This document shows positions 9,381 through 17,980 of a stretch of DNA of 64,000 bases, piece by piece. How positions within the stretch are numbered: the stretch's first letter is position 1; each line of letters starts with the position of its first letter. A program made the position numbers and the translations under genes. The stretch lies in contig JBBTQF010000012.1 in NCBI GenBank assembly GCA_038065815.1, positions 1,663 to 65,662 on the forward strand. The letters are read 5' to 3'. This DNA is from Patescibacteria group bacterium (GTDB lineage Bacteria > Patescibacteriota > Patescibacteriia > UBA9934 > CAMTUG01). A model generated the notes under the pieces. That model was not told the DNA's origin, made no database searches, and worked only from the letters and a program-made list of their open reading frames with translations.

Positions 9381-9734
9381 GTTTTTCTCCGTTTGAGAGC
9401 GGAATGCCCTCCCGCGTCGCGCCAGTACTTTCGCAACGTGCGGAGAGCAGCGATCGGCTCCGAAACTCCGTTCGGATGAGGGAAAGAATCTATGAAAACC
9501 AACTCATCAGTGACGTAAGGTTAAGAGGACGATCGACTGGAGGCTCTTTTGAAGTTTCTCTGCCCGTCGACAGGACTTCATTGCATCCAATCTATCGCAA
9601 AAACAGTGTGATGTCAATCGTTTTTTAGCTAAAATTAGCCAAGATGTTGACAACTTTTTCTGACAAACGCAAATAAAAAATCTCTTTTTAGGCTCAATAA
9701 AGCGCAAAGAACTCTGTCAGAACTCATTGACAAT

Positions 9735-9762
9735 GTGATGGGGGTGATGGGGTCAGGTCCCG
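9735..9762 (+). repeat. REP-like palindromic repeat copy (GTGATGGGGTCAGGTCC).
   Basis: It shares the GGGGTCAGG core with 11 other copies in the window. Confidence 0.5.
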
Positions 9763-9875
9763 CCGTCGCTGAAGCTTTGGCGGGCAGGCGGGCTACGTAC
9801 CTGATCCATATTGCGCGGATCCAAGGTTCGCCTAGTCGTTCCTTGGGTAACGAATGTTTGGTGCTTATCGAAACA

Positions 9876-9900
9876 GGTCAAACGCACTAAAGCACTGAAC
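9876..9900 (-). terminator. Hairpin (GAGGGCGCT-ataca-CGAGCGCCCTC) just downstream of the NUDIX remnant. It is a possible terminator.
   Basis: An 8-9-bp GC stem lies 12 nt after the stop of 9912..10184. No clear T-tract follows. Confidence 0.25.
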
Positions 9901-9911
9901 TCCTGAGGGCG

Positions 9912-10265
9912 CTATACACGAGCGCCCTCTTCTACTTTTTGGTAGACAGATGCAAAATATTTTTTTAGATTATTTTGAGTCAATACGTTCATGACTTCGT
10001 CGATCGGGAACCAGCATATTTTGTCCTCATAATGTTCCGTTCGTGTTTGCGCGTCCATTTTTGCTTCAACAAGGTACATGTTGAGTTCAACGGGCTCCTG
10101 CTTGTCATTTTTATAACTAAATAAAGGCAACACCGTTTTTATTTTTCCCTCTATCCCTGTCTCTTCCAAAAGTTCTCGCTTCATAGCTTCTTCTGTCGTT
10201 TCGCTGGATTCGATTTGCCCCTTGGGAAAACTCCAGTCGTTTTGTTGACGGTCAATGCCCGGGGT
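9912..10265 (-). pseudogene. 5'-truncated NUDIX hydrolase remnant.
   Basis: The Nudix box G-x5-E-x7-REUxEExGU reads GQIESSETTEEAMKRELLEETGI. It is intact only when the frame is extended upstream of the annotated ATG. That open frame hits a TAG at 10266-10268, only about 8 codons before the box, whereas normal NUDIX proteins have 30-40 aa there. A REP copy lies 40 nt further upstream. Confidence 0.45.
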
Positions 10266-10308
10266 CTATGATTTGGTACTTTCTGAACAACTTTTGTGCT
10301 CAAAAAAT

Positions 10309-10335
10309 CACACATCACAGGCCTGACCCTGTCAC
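10309..10335 (-). repeat. REP-like repeat copy (CACATCACAGGCCTGACCCTGTC).
   Basis: It is the reverse-orientation copy of the GGGGTCAGGCCTGTGATGTG family. Confidence 0.5.
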
Positions 10336-10364
10336 TACAATTACCATGTCGGCAATGGTGTCTG

Positions 10365-11201
10365 CTACGAGCGACGCACGGAGCGGGCGACGGCCATGAA
10401 GTCAGCAATTTTTTGCGCGTCATATCGACGGGCGGCGACCACGATATTTGGACCAAGACGTTTGCTCAGGTCGACATCGCCCTCTTTGAAAGCGGTACCG
10501 ACAATTGTCGCGTCAAGGTACGGTGCAAACCGAGTGAAGTTCTCCGCGGTCATGCCGCTTCCCGTGAGCACGGCCGCGTCACCCGCCTCACGCACTGCCT
10601 CCGCACATTGTTCCACTGATGGAGGGTCACCGGTCCACTGCCCCGTGACAATAACACCATCCGCGCCAGACGCAGACGCCTCGCGCACAGACTCAACGAA
10701 TGGTCGCGGCGTGAGCATCGTCGCATGCTTCACCTGTACGTCCGCGAGAATTGCCACGCCCTCCGCGCCAAGCGCCGCGCGGGCGGCGAGCACAGCCGCT
10801 GGGTTGGCATAAAACTTCCCGTAGACCGTCTCGACAGAATCAACAAACACTGGCACGCGCACCATCACGCCGCCAAGCTTTTTGCATGCTTCGAACCCGA
10901 ACGCAAAATCGTTCCAGAGCGGCGTAATGCCCCAGGAGACATGCGTTTCTGGCACCAACACCTCAAGTAACTCCATGAAATGGGCACGCGTCTCTGGACG
11001 CATCTTCTCGTGCTTAGGCTTATCAAAATTGTTTTCAAAAAGAATGGCATCCACGCCGCCTTTCTGAAGGGCGCGTAGGTCCTGTTGCGCGCGCCCAAGG
11101 ACAACCGCCTTATCGCCCTCATAGTCTTCCGTCCCCTCAAGGGGGGAAAAGTGAATCATGCTGATCACCGCTGGCCGTACCTTCAAGGAGAATTTCTTCA
11201 T
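10365..11201 (-). CDS. BtpA/SgcQ-family TIM-barrel protein.
   Basis: The 278 aa start with an IHFSPLEG N-terminus and carry a GGVDAILFENNFDKP motif typical of the BtpA family. The gene is GC-rich, about 63 %. Confidence 0.5.
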   Translation of the reverse strand: MKKFSLKVRPAVISMIHFSPLEGTEDYEGDKAVVLGRAQQDLRALQKGGVDAILFENNFDKPKHEKMRPETRAHFMELLEVLVPETHVSWGITPLWNDFAFGFEACKKLGGVMVRVPVFVDSVETVYGKFYANPAAVLAARAALGAEGVAILADVQVKHATMLTPRPFVESVREASASGADGVIVTGQWTGDPPSVEQCAEAVREAGDAAVLTGSGMTAENFTRFAPYLDATIVGTAFKEGDVDLSKRLGPNIVVAARRYDAQKIADFMAVARSVRRS

Positions 11202-11261
11202 ATGATGACAGTATAGTATGGAAAAGGGCGCTCCGCGAGGGAGCGCCCGATTGAGTGCGGG

Positions 11262-12707
11262 CTACTGGGCGTTGAAGCGTCCGGAGGCCTTGCAAGTGAG
11301 CTGGACCTGGCTGGCGAGGAAAGCGGACACACGGCCTTCACGGAGCGCCTCGAGACAAATCCATGCGCAGTGCGCGAGTTTCTCGGAGTCCGGACCACGG
11401 CCAGCACGGAAACGCGCCAAATCATCGTCCATCATGCCGTTCGTGAGGTAGAGCGCGAGACCAGCGTTCATGGCGAGGTACTCCACGAGCTGACGGTCGC
11501 GGTCATCACAGCCAAGATGGACAGCAATACGATTGGCCTCCATGATCATGGCTTCTTCGTTGGGCACGAAGACGCTCATGGGGTCGCGGAACATAAGGCC
11601 AAAGCTCGCGGGCGTGAGCACCACGTTGGCGAGAAACTCGTCGCGCGCAGTGAAAGACATGAGCGAGGCAAAGGGCGAGAGCTCATCGAGCACGGCGAGG
11701 TCGCGGATGTGGCGGCTGTTGATCGCCTCATGCGCGTCGATGTGCTGGCTGAGGCCGCATACCACCGCGACGTTGCCGACGTTGTAGACGCCGTCCGCGT
11801 GCAGACGAGCGTAGGCGCGAGCAATTGTCTCCGGGTGCATCTTCTCGTTGACGCCGATCACCTTGTCCAAACGCGTGGCCGGGGACACGGGTGGCGTCAT
11901 GGGGCCGATGACGTGGTTGACGGTCTCACGGCGCGGCAGCAGGTGCGACAGGTCATGGATCGTCTTCCATGCGTGGGCGTCCGTGAAGTGGAAGCCGCTC
12001 ATCGCGAGCTCCTCCTGGACATCCCTCTTGGGGATGTCCACGATCACGCCCAGATTCTCGATCGCCTCCGTGGAGCCGACAGCCGAGGTGTTGCTGTACG
12101 AGCCGTGCTTGGCCGTGCGGTGGCCGAGGCTCGCGACCGTGAGGGCCGAGAGCGTGGAGCAGTTGATGGTCTTGCGGCGCACCGGGTCGCCGTTGACCAT
12201 CATCCCGCGGTCGCCACCCATGCCGCAGGTCTCGAGGACGCGTGGGCCGTAGTCCGGGAAGTGGATGATGTCCATCTGCGCGGCGGTCACCATACCAGCG
12301 ACCTCGTCCGGCGTAAGCTCGGCCCATGCCTCCTTCATGGCGAGGCCGGAGAGCATCTCGCGGGCGGCCATGCAGTCGCCGTCAGGACCCAGCGAGGCAT
12401 CCTTGAGGCAGTGGAACCGACGCTCGAGGTGGCCGTTGCTAGCGCGAAGAATGTAGCAGGTGGCAGCGAAGGCCTCCTGGAAGGTGAGGTGGCCACCGAG
12501 GGACGCCTTCACGAGCTGGCTGTAGCCGAACTCGCTCAGACAGCCAATGAGGCTGAGCTGCTTCGCGTTGGGCTGGCAGGGGTCATAGAGCGCCTCGCGC
12601 ATGGGGATCTTGGCCAGATAGCGCGCGCGGGCAGCCGCGAACTCAGGGCCGTGCATCCCCTGAACGAGATTGATCTTGCTGAGGGGCCTGCTGGCATGGT
12701 CGTTCAT
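11262..12707 (-). CDS. TrpD-family (glycosyltransferase family 3; anthranilate PRTase / nucleoside phosphorylase fold) protein with an N-terminal extension of about 130 aa.
   Basis: The motif CGMGGDRG...TINCSTLSALTVASLGHRTAKHGSYSNTSAVGSTEAIENLGV matches the TrpD GTGGD/KHGN region. It is 481 aa, about 65 % GC, with an AGGAGA Shine-Dalgarno 5 nt before the ATG. Confidence 0.6.
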   Translation of the reverse strand: MNDHASRPLSKINLVQGMHGPEFAAARARYLAKIPMREALYDPCQPNAKQLSLIGCLSEFGYSQLVKASLGGHLTFQEAFAATCYILRASNGHLERRFHCLKDASLGPDGDCMAAREMLSGLAMKEAWAELTPDEVAGMVTAAQMDIIHFPDYGPRVLETCGMGGDRGMMVNGDPVRRKTINCSTLSALTVASLGHRTAKHGSYSNTSAVGSTEAIENLGVIVDIPKRDVQEELAMSGFHFTDAHAWKTIHDLSHLLPRRETVNHVIGPMTPPVSPATRLDKVIGVNEKMHPETIARAYARLHADGVYNVGNVAVVCGLSQHIDAHEAINSRHIRDLAVLDELSPFASLMSFTARDEFLANVVLTPASFGLMFRDPMSVFVPNEEAMIMEANRIAVHLGCDDRDRQLVEYLAMNAGLALYLTNGMMDDDLARFRAGRGPDSEKLAHCAWICLEALREGRVSAFLASQVQLTCKASGRFNAQ

Positions 12708-13099
12708 GATGTCTCCTGGGGGCGTGAAAAGGAACGGTCGATCTGAGGCTTCCTAAACATAAAAGCCCCATCATCGCAAGCCTATGGGAATATAGGCTCA
12801 AGAGGACGGAGCTTCTCCGTGGTGCCACCTCTGATTATCCTCACGCGCGCCAAAACGCGCTTTGAGAAACTTTACGCACTCCGTGGATATGCGTTAGCCC
12901 TTGGTTACGGGGGCGTCCGGTCGGCCACAATAGCAGCCGACGTCTCACCGGGTCCAATTTCACGATCGCACCAGACAGGGCTCACACTATCTCCTGTTCG
13001 CTTTGCTGGCTCACGCTCGCTACTAACTCCCGGATCAATGACGTTGTCGATGAGAAGGAACTAAATTAACGATAGCAGGTCGAAAAAATCGTGTCAAAT

Positions 13100-13810
13100 C
13101 TATGCCTTGTTCTCGAGGAATTGGCATGTTTGTTCCAAAGCTACGGCAATAGCGGTTTCTAGACTATCACCAAGAATTATTCTTGCCACTGTGTGCGCAA
13201 AAAATGTGTCGCCTGCTCCAATCGTATCCTTCGTAGAGACAACGCGCGGTGGCTGAAACGACATGTGTCTTCCTTCTGTGTAAGCGTCGACCCCATTAGC
13301 CCCCTTTGTCACCAATAAAATACGCGTTTTTTGATCTTCAACACTTTCAGCTGGAATAAATGAAAGCTCCAGCTCGGTTGCTTTTAAGCACCGCACGTTT
13401 TTTATCCAATCTCCTTCAAATTCCTTCCAGAGTCGTTTCTGACCCGGAATATTTGGTGCACGGACAAAACCTTGAACATCCAGGTACAGCTCGTTGCATG
13501 TTTCAAAAACAGCAACTGGATCCCATTCACGGGACAGTGTTGATATAAGGGCTGATCCGCTTTTGCAGACAGGTACATTTTTATTCTGTGCAACTGGAGT
13601 GACACTACCAATCTCGCCTTGTTCGTTCACTTCGATACATACTTCAACAACTGGACCGACATGACAATGCTCCTCTATGCCCTGCATTTTCATAACGGCA
13701 GAAATAAACGTCGCCGGCCCCCCGATACGTTCGGAGGTTTTCCCCTGTTTATGGTCAATAACAACATCGTGAGCTACTGTTGAATACACGTCAATCGATG
13801 GTTGATTCAT
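13100..13810 (-). CDS. PfkB-family carbohydrate/nucleoside kinase (ribokinase-like), short form.
   Basis: PfkB signature-2 is DTIGAGDTFFAHTV and the length is 236 aa. Confidence 0.6.
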   Translation of the reverse strand: MNQPSIDVYSTVAHDVVIDHKQGKTSERIGGPATFISAVMKMQGIEEHCHVGPVVEVCIEVNEQGEIGSVTPVAQNKNVPVCKSGSALISTLSREWDPVAVFETCNELYLDVQGFVRAPNIPGQKRLWKEFEGDWIKNVRCLKATELELSFIPAESVEDQKTRILLVTKGANGVDAYTEGRHMSFQPPRVVSTKDTIGAGDTFFAHTVARIILGDSLETAIAVALEQTCQFLENKA

Positions 13811-13852
13811 AGGAAGAAATGAAGAGGGGAGCCGAGGGGCTCCCTTTTAAGT

Positions 13853-14662
13853 TCAGAGTTCTCCGCGAAGGATGCGCTCCAAGATGTCAACGACGCCCGT
13901 GGTGTAGTAACCGACGGAAACATAATCGGCACGTCCCTTGTAGTCTGCGTCAGCATTGCCAACCGCCGCATGCGTGACGCCCTTGCCGCAGTAATCGACC
14001 AGCGCATTGCCGATCATGACGATCCGGGAGTCGGGCACATGTATGCGCACGCAGTCCGTGCCCAGTCGCTTGGACGCCTCGGCCGCATGAATGGCGAGCA
14101 CCCCGTGCTGAAAGTTGGTCAGGACCCTGAGCTGGCTACGTTCGGACTTGGACTTGATCCAGGACTCCGCGCGTTCGAGAAGTGTGGTGTCCGGGATCAG
14201 TTCGCCTTTTTCTCCCGTATACCAGCAAAATCCGAGACAACTTGACCGCCGGCGAGTGTTGACCCCGATGATGCGGCGGCCAGTTTCTCCGAACCGTGCG
14301 ACGAGTCGATTTTCGACAACGTCGCCGAGCCAGATGTCTGCCGATTCCGCATCGGCGAGTCCAACCAGATCGTAGCGCAGGTGGTAAAGAAACTTCCGAA
14401 GCTCTTCACCAACTGCATACACAGGTTCTGCGCCCGGGCTGATAGAAACGACGGTGCCGAGCTCGGCAACGGTCGGTCCATCCATTCCAAGTCGTAGCTG
14501 AATGTCTGTGAGCGACCGCAGAGGAGAGTCCGAGTGGAGACCGATGCGGACCCCTTGCTTGCGTGCCCTCTGCACCACTTCGTTGATGCGCGAATCCGTG
14601 GTCTGCTCGGTGCAGACGTCCACCAGTGTTTCGTCTTTGTCGATGAGAACGAGCGTATTCAA
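13853..14662 (-). CDS. HAD-superfamily hydrolase, subfamily IIB (Cof-like phosphatase).
   Basis: HAD motif I is LIDKDETL (DxDxT-like). The C-terminal MIGNALVDY...AVGNA matches the HAD-IIB motif IV region. Confidence 0.5.
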   Translation of the reverse strand: MNTLVLIDKDETLVDVCTEQTTDSRINEVVQRARKQGVRIGLHSDSPLRSLTDIQLRLGMDGPTVAELGTVVSISPGAEPVYAVGEELRKFLYHLRYDLVGLADAESADIWLGDVVENRLVARFGETGRRIIGVNTRRRSSCLGFCWYTGEKGELIPDTTLLERAESWIKSKSERSQLRVLTNFQHGVLAIHAAEASKRLGTDCVRIHVPDSRIVMIGNALVDYCGKGVTHAAVGNADADYKGRADYVSVGYYTTGVVDILERILRGEL

Positions 14663-14718
14663 AGTACCTCTGAATGTGCAAAAGAATCTTAGAACACAAG
14701 AACCGTATTTGTCAAAGA

Positions 14719-15507
14719 CTAGTCCTGCTCCAAAACAGTTTTTCGCACGAGCTCAACTAGGCGCTCATGAAGTACACCATTTGAAGCAATGTGTCCGTGA
14801 ATAGGGCGATCGTAGCGTTGCTCATTTCCATAAACATCCGTCACTCGTCCACCCGCCTCTTCAATGATAATTTTTAACGCGGCACTATCGTGTGGCCTAT
14901 CACCAGGAAAAAGCGTAGCAACAAACTCGCCGCTTGCCACAAGCGCAGCCATGTAGGCAATAGAAGCAACGACCATAATCTTTGCCTGCTCGTTGCGCAA
15001 AAACTCTGTCATTACAGAAAAATTAAATGGTGCGGATTTCCAATAAACGATGCCGAACAACGACTGCTTAAATGTATCGCTCTGAGAAACCTGAATCGTT
15101 TTACCATTCAAAGAAGCACCTTTGCCCTTTTCTGCAACATATATACGATCCATAAACGGATCGTAAATGACACCGAGAACACTTTCACCTTTGTGCGTTA
15201 AGGCAAGTGAAAACGTGCACAACGGAATACCATGAGAAAAAGGTACGGTTCCATCTAGTGGATCACAGACCCATACGAACTCACTCTGCTCACTAAACGC
15301 GTCACCTTCTTCAGCAAGAACACTATGATCTGGAAAAGTGTTCTTTACTGCATCAATAACCATCTGGTTTATCAAAAGGTCTGATTCTGTAAGAGGAGTC
15401 GCATCAGACTTCCACTCTTTCTTCATGCCCAACATAAAGTTGCGCCGAATAACTTCACCGGCGGCGTGGGCGAGATCAACAGCAAATTGTTGATAATCAG
15501 ATGACAT
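14719..15507 (-). CDS. Inositol-monophosphatase family (IMPase/SuhB-like) phosphatase.
   Basis: The WVCDPLDGT motif matches the W-x-DP-x-DGT signature, and the metal-binding EE region is present. The length is 262 aa. Confidence 0.65.
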   Translation of the reverse strand: MSSDYQQFAVDLAHAAGEVIRRNFMLGMKKEWKSDATPLTESDLLINQMVIDAVKNTFPDHSVLAEEGDAFSEQSEFVWVCDPLDGTVPFSHGIPLCTFSLALTHKGESVLGVIYDPFMDRIYVAEKGKGASLNGKTIQVSQSDTFKQSLFGIVYWKSAPFNFSVMTEFLRNEQAKIMVVASIAYMAALVASGEFVATLFPGDRPHDSAALKIIIEEAGGRVTDVYGNEQRYDRPIHGHIASNGVLHERLVELVRKTVLEQD

Positions 15508-15544
15508 ATGTATGCAAATGGGCGGATGAGATCCGCCCGAGAAT

Positions 15545-16453
15545 CTAGGTCAAAAGTTTCATGCAACGACGGGCGTAGAACGCAGACCGCGTAGCGAACA
15601 TTCTCCCTTGTTTTGGATAGGGTTCACGACGGAAACGAGCGGAGAGCGCGCACTGGAGAGACCGACCCAGACTGAAGGCTGCCTCAAGATGTGCAGGCGA
15701 GCCTCCAAGTATCTGAGGCAATTGTTCGACCGCGAAGGTATGGAGGAGACGATACCCGCTGTTTGCCCCGGGTAAACGGTAGGCGTCGCGACATACGCCA
15801 GCGAAACAAGCGAGATCGATCGCAGGACATCCGAGGTTATCTCGAATTGGATCGACTTTTTTCACCCCACCATCCGTGAGAAAAAGATCGTCCGGTTTGA
15901 ACTCGAACGTGGAGAAGCAGGAACACATCCCCCCAAACATCTCGAACTCTGCTGCGCGAAAACGAGATACGAGGTTGGGTGGAATAAGATCTGCAAGGTA
16001 CCCTGCCCACTGTTCAACGACGAGGTCGCGCATGGCGCGAATGGCTGGAACAGGCGACTCTGTACTTAGACTCGCGCGATAGATGGGATCCATCGCAAGA
16101 AGTAGACGAGAGAAGCATTCCACAGGACGAGCCGCCGTCCTTGCGACATCTATGAAGTTCACGCCGCAATCCTCCATCAGGAGACACGGAACGCCCCGCA
16201 CTTGATGAAGGTCGAGCGTATTCGGAAGAAGACCACCAGCACCAATGCGGCGAAGGTTGATGTACCCCTCCCAGTTTGCTTCGACTTCTTTCTGAGCGAG
16301 CTCACCGTAGCCAATCTTTACGACCAGCGAACGACCATCCTGACGAACACGGTAGACCGTCTTGCAATTCTCCACGATGACGATCTGGTCACGAAACTCG
16401 AGATGTAGCGCTTCAGCAACAGAACCAAGAAGTACGTGAAGGTCCATGAGCAC
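15545..16453 (-). CDS. Protein-kinase-like / aminoglycoside-phosphotransferase-like fold protein (putative small-molecule kinase).
   Basis: Among the 302 aa, FEFKPDDLFLTDGG...DPIRDNL resembles the APH catalytic-loop/Brenner region. This is a weak assignment. Confidence 0.3.
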   Translation of the reverse strand: MLMDLHVLLGSVAEALHLEFRDQIVIVENCKTVYRVRQDGRSLVVKIGYGELAQKEVEANWEGYINLRRIGAGGLLPNTLDLHQVRGVPCLLMEDCGVNFIDVARTAARPVECFSRLLLAMDPIYRASLSTESPVPAIRAMRDLVVEQWAGYLADLIPPNLVSRFRAAEFEMFGGMCSCFSTFEFKPDDLFLTDGGVKKVDPIRDNLGCPAIDLACFAGVCRDAYRLPGANSGYRLLHTFAVEQLPQILGGSPAHLEAAFSLGRSLQCALSARFRREPYPKQGRMFATRSAFYARRCMKLLT

Positions 16454-16568
16454 TCCGAATGAACTGCATCTATCGTATCATAACTTTTTTTCTCGTCAAT
16501 GCTCGTCGAACCAAAACCATAGACATTTTTCTACACACCCGCTAGAGTACGTACGTTCCCAGAAACAA

Positions 16569-16595
16569 ATGGGGTCAGGTCTGGGATGTGGGATT
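16569..16595 (+). repeat. REP-like repeat copy (GGGGTCAGGTCTGGGATGTGGGA). It is the left half of an inverted REP doublet.
   Basis: It forms a roughly 22-bp inverted repeat with 16625..16652 across a 32-bp spacer. Confidence 0.55.
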
Positions 16596-16624
16596 TATTG
16601 AGTACAAAAGTTATTCAGAAAATA

Positions 16625-16652
16625 CCACATCACAGGCCTGACCCCATCCGCG
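16625..16652 (-). repeat. REP-like repeat copy (CCACATCACAGGCCTGACCCCATCC). It is the right half of the inverted doublet.
   Basis: See 16569..16595. Confidence 0.55.
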
Positions 16653-16725
16653 CCATCCGCGGCGCGGCGCGGTGTACGGTGTAGATCATCTGCGCGTATT
16701 TTGATACCGTACTAGCATAACATCT

Positions 16726-17388
16726 ATGTATCTAATTGTCCTTTACGGCCCGCCGGCTGTTGGAAAATTCACGGTCGCCCAGCGACTGCAAAAGCAGACA
16801 AATTTTGCGGTTCTGCACAATCATGCGATCGCCGATTTGGCGTCTGCCATTTTTCCGTTTGGGTCAAAAGGATACGGGCCGCTAGCGGAACGCCTACGAC
16901 TGGAATGCATCGACGGCGCTATACGCGCCAAGCTCCCCGGTCTGATCATGACCTTTACATTTGGAGTCGAAACCGCTGGCGGCAAACGTGACGCCAGGGT
17001 ATTGAAAACTATTACGAACCGCGTGAAGAATGCCGGAGGCCGCGTTTCGTTTGTCCGACTTACGTGCGATCACGCGGAACTTTTCAAACGAGTGCGGCAC
17101 GCGGATCGAAAACGATTTCAGAAATTGACGAGCTCGTCTCTTTTGAGACGACTATTAAAGACCTATCATCTCGAAGAAGATATCGCGTTCACCGAGAGTC
17201 TTTCGATTGATACGACGCATCTGTCTCCCGCCCAGACGGCACGGCGGATTATGCAGATTGATCTTTCGTGGCAAAGAACAAGACCGGTCGTTCCCCAAGG
17301 GTATGACAAGGCTAAATCTGTAGACGTACGAAACACTATCAAACCAGCCAGCCGTGGAACGTTGTCCGAGGCCGGTCGAATGCAATAA
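16726..17388 (+). CDS. P-loop NTPase / small-molecule kinase-like protein (AAA_33-like) with a degenerate Walker A (GPPAVGKF).
   Basis: The N-terminus reads LIVLYGPPAVGKFTVAQRL. It is 220 aa and bounded by REP copies on both sides. Confidence 0.4.
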   Translation: MYLIVLYGPPAVGKFTVAQRLQKQTNFAVLHNHAIADLASAIFPFGSKGYGPLAERLRLECIDGAIRAKLPGLIMTFTFGVETAGGKRDARVLKTITNRVKNAGGRVSFVRLTCDHAELFKRVRHADRKRFQKLTSSSLLRRLLKTYHLEEDIAFTESLSIDTTHLSPAQTARRIMQIDLSWQRTRPVVPQGYDKAKSVDVRNTIKPASRGTLSEAGRMQ

Positions 17389-17389
17389 T

Positions 17390-17410
17390 AAAGACCTGAC
17401 CCCATTTGTA
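17390..17410 (-). repeat. Partial REP-like copy (AGACCTGACCCCATTTG).
   Basis: It shares the CCTGACCCCAT core. Confidence 0.35.
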
Positions 17411-17421
17411 CAAAACTGCTT

Positions 17422-17691
17422 CTAGGAACGATAGACATCATGATCACCTACCGTCAACAAGACAGCCTGATCTTTGTTTAGGTACATAAATACAATCCGC
17501 GTCGCGTAGTTCACGGAAAAACTGTATCTCCCCTGCAATCTCCCTTCCAACTTGTGCACGCGTAATCGTTCATGAGTAGCCGGATTTTGAAAATCGGTGA
17601 TTGCCCGCTTTACTTCTTCCTGAAGAAGCGGCGTAAATTTTTTATACGCGCGAACAAACCTTGCCGCGTAAGAAACCTCCAACATAGCCAA
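17422..17691 (-). CDS. Type II toxin, RelE/ParE family.
   Basis: The 89 aa contain HKLEGRLQGRYSFSVNYATRIVFMYLNKDQAVLLTVGDHDVY, which matches the RelE/ParE fold signature region. It directly follows the antitoxin ORF, stop abutting start. Confidence 0.6.
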   Translation of the reverse strand: MAMLEVSYAARFVRAYKKFTPLLQEEVKRAITDFQNPATHERLRVHKLEGRLQGRYSFSVNYATRIVFMYLNKDQAVLLTVGDHDVYRS

Positions 17692-17910
17692 CTATAAACT
17701 AGCCGCTAGGGCATCTAGGTCTCCGCGCAAAATCTTCCCTTCTTTTACCTCTTGCTCAGCGGCCAATACCTCAAACACGGCCTGATCTTCTATGTATTGC
17801 ACAATAGCCTTGCGAACGAATCCCGCTTTGGAATCAGCAATACCGCTTTTGACCATTTGATCAATGCTTAATTCAATTGCGGGGGTTAATGGGACAGACA
17901 ATGTAGACAT
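17692..17910 (-). CDS. Type II antitoxin (ribbon-helix-helix / ParD-like). The likely true start is MSTLSVPL at 17910; the listed ORF extends to 17982.
   Basis: It is a small acidic protein immediately upstream of the RelE/ParE toxin, and its stop abuts the toxin start. An operator palindrome lies in its promoter. Confidence 0.5.
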   Translation of the reverse strand: MSTLSVPLTPAIELSIDQMVKSGIADSKAGFVRKAIVQYIEDQAVFEVLAAEQEVKEGKILRGDLDALAASL

Positions 17911-17952
17911 AATCAGATGAATATATTTCAATATTAAATTATCATACATCTT

Positions 17953-17980
17953 TTGACCTGTCAACTTCAGGTGTCGACAC
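17953..17980 (-). promoter_or_regulatory. Promoter and operator of the TA operon. The palindrome TTGACCTGTCAA overlaps a -35 (TTGACA), there is a 17-nt spacer to the -10 TAATTT, and the 10-bp palindrome GTGTCGACAC lies adjacent.
   Basis: Read on the minus strand it is TTGACAggtcaaaagatgtatgaTAATTT about 25 nt before the antitoxin ATG. Confidence 0.4.

Noticed and set aside
9404-9900. A possible small RNA gene in the 500-nt gap upstream of the M23 hydrolase.
   Set aside because: It contains hairpins, a REP copy and the promoter-like module. I could not match any known RNA family, so it is retained only as part of the palindrome-plus-TTGACAA finding rather than called as an ncRNA.
11370-12746. 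A 458-aa plus-strand ORF antisense to the TrpD-like gene, together with other long ORFs at 11953..12327 and 20587..21348.
   Set aside because: They are Arg/Val/Gly/His-rich low-complexity translations of GC-rich antisense strands. The opposite-strand products carry clear enzyme motifs.
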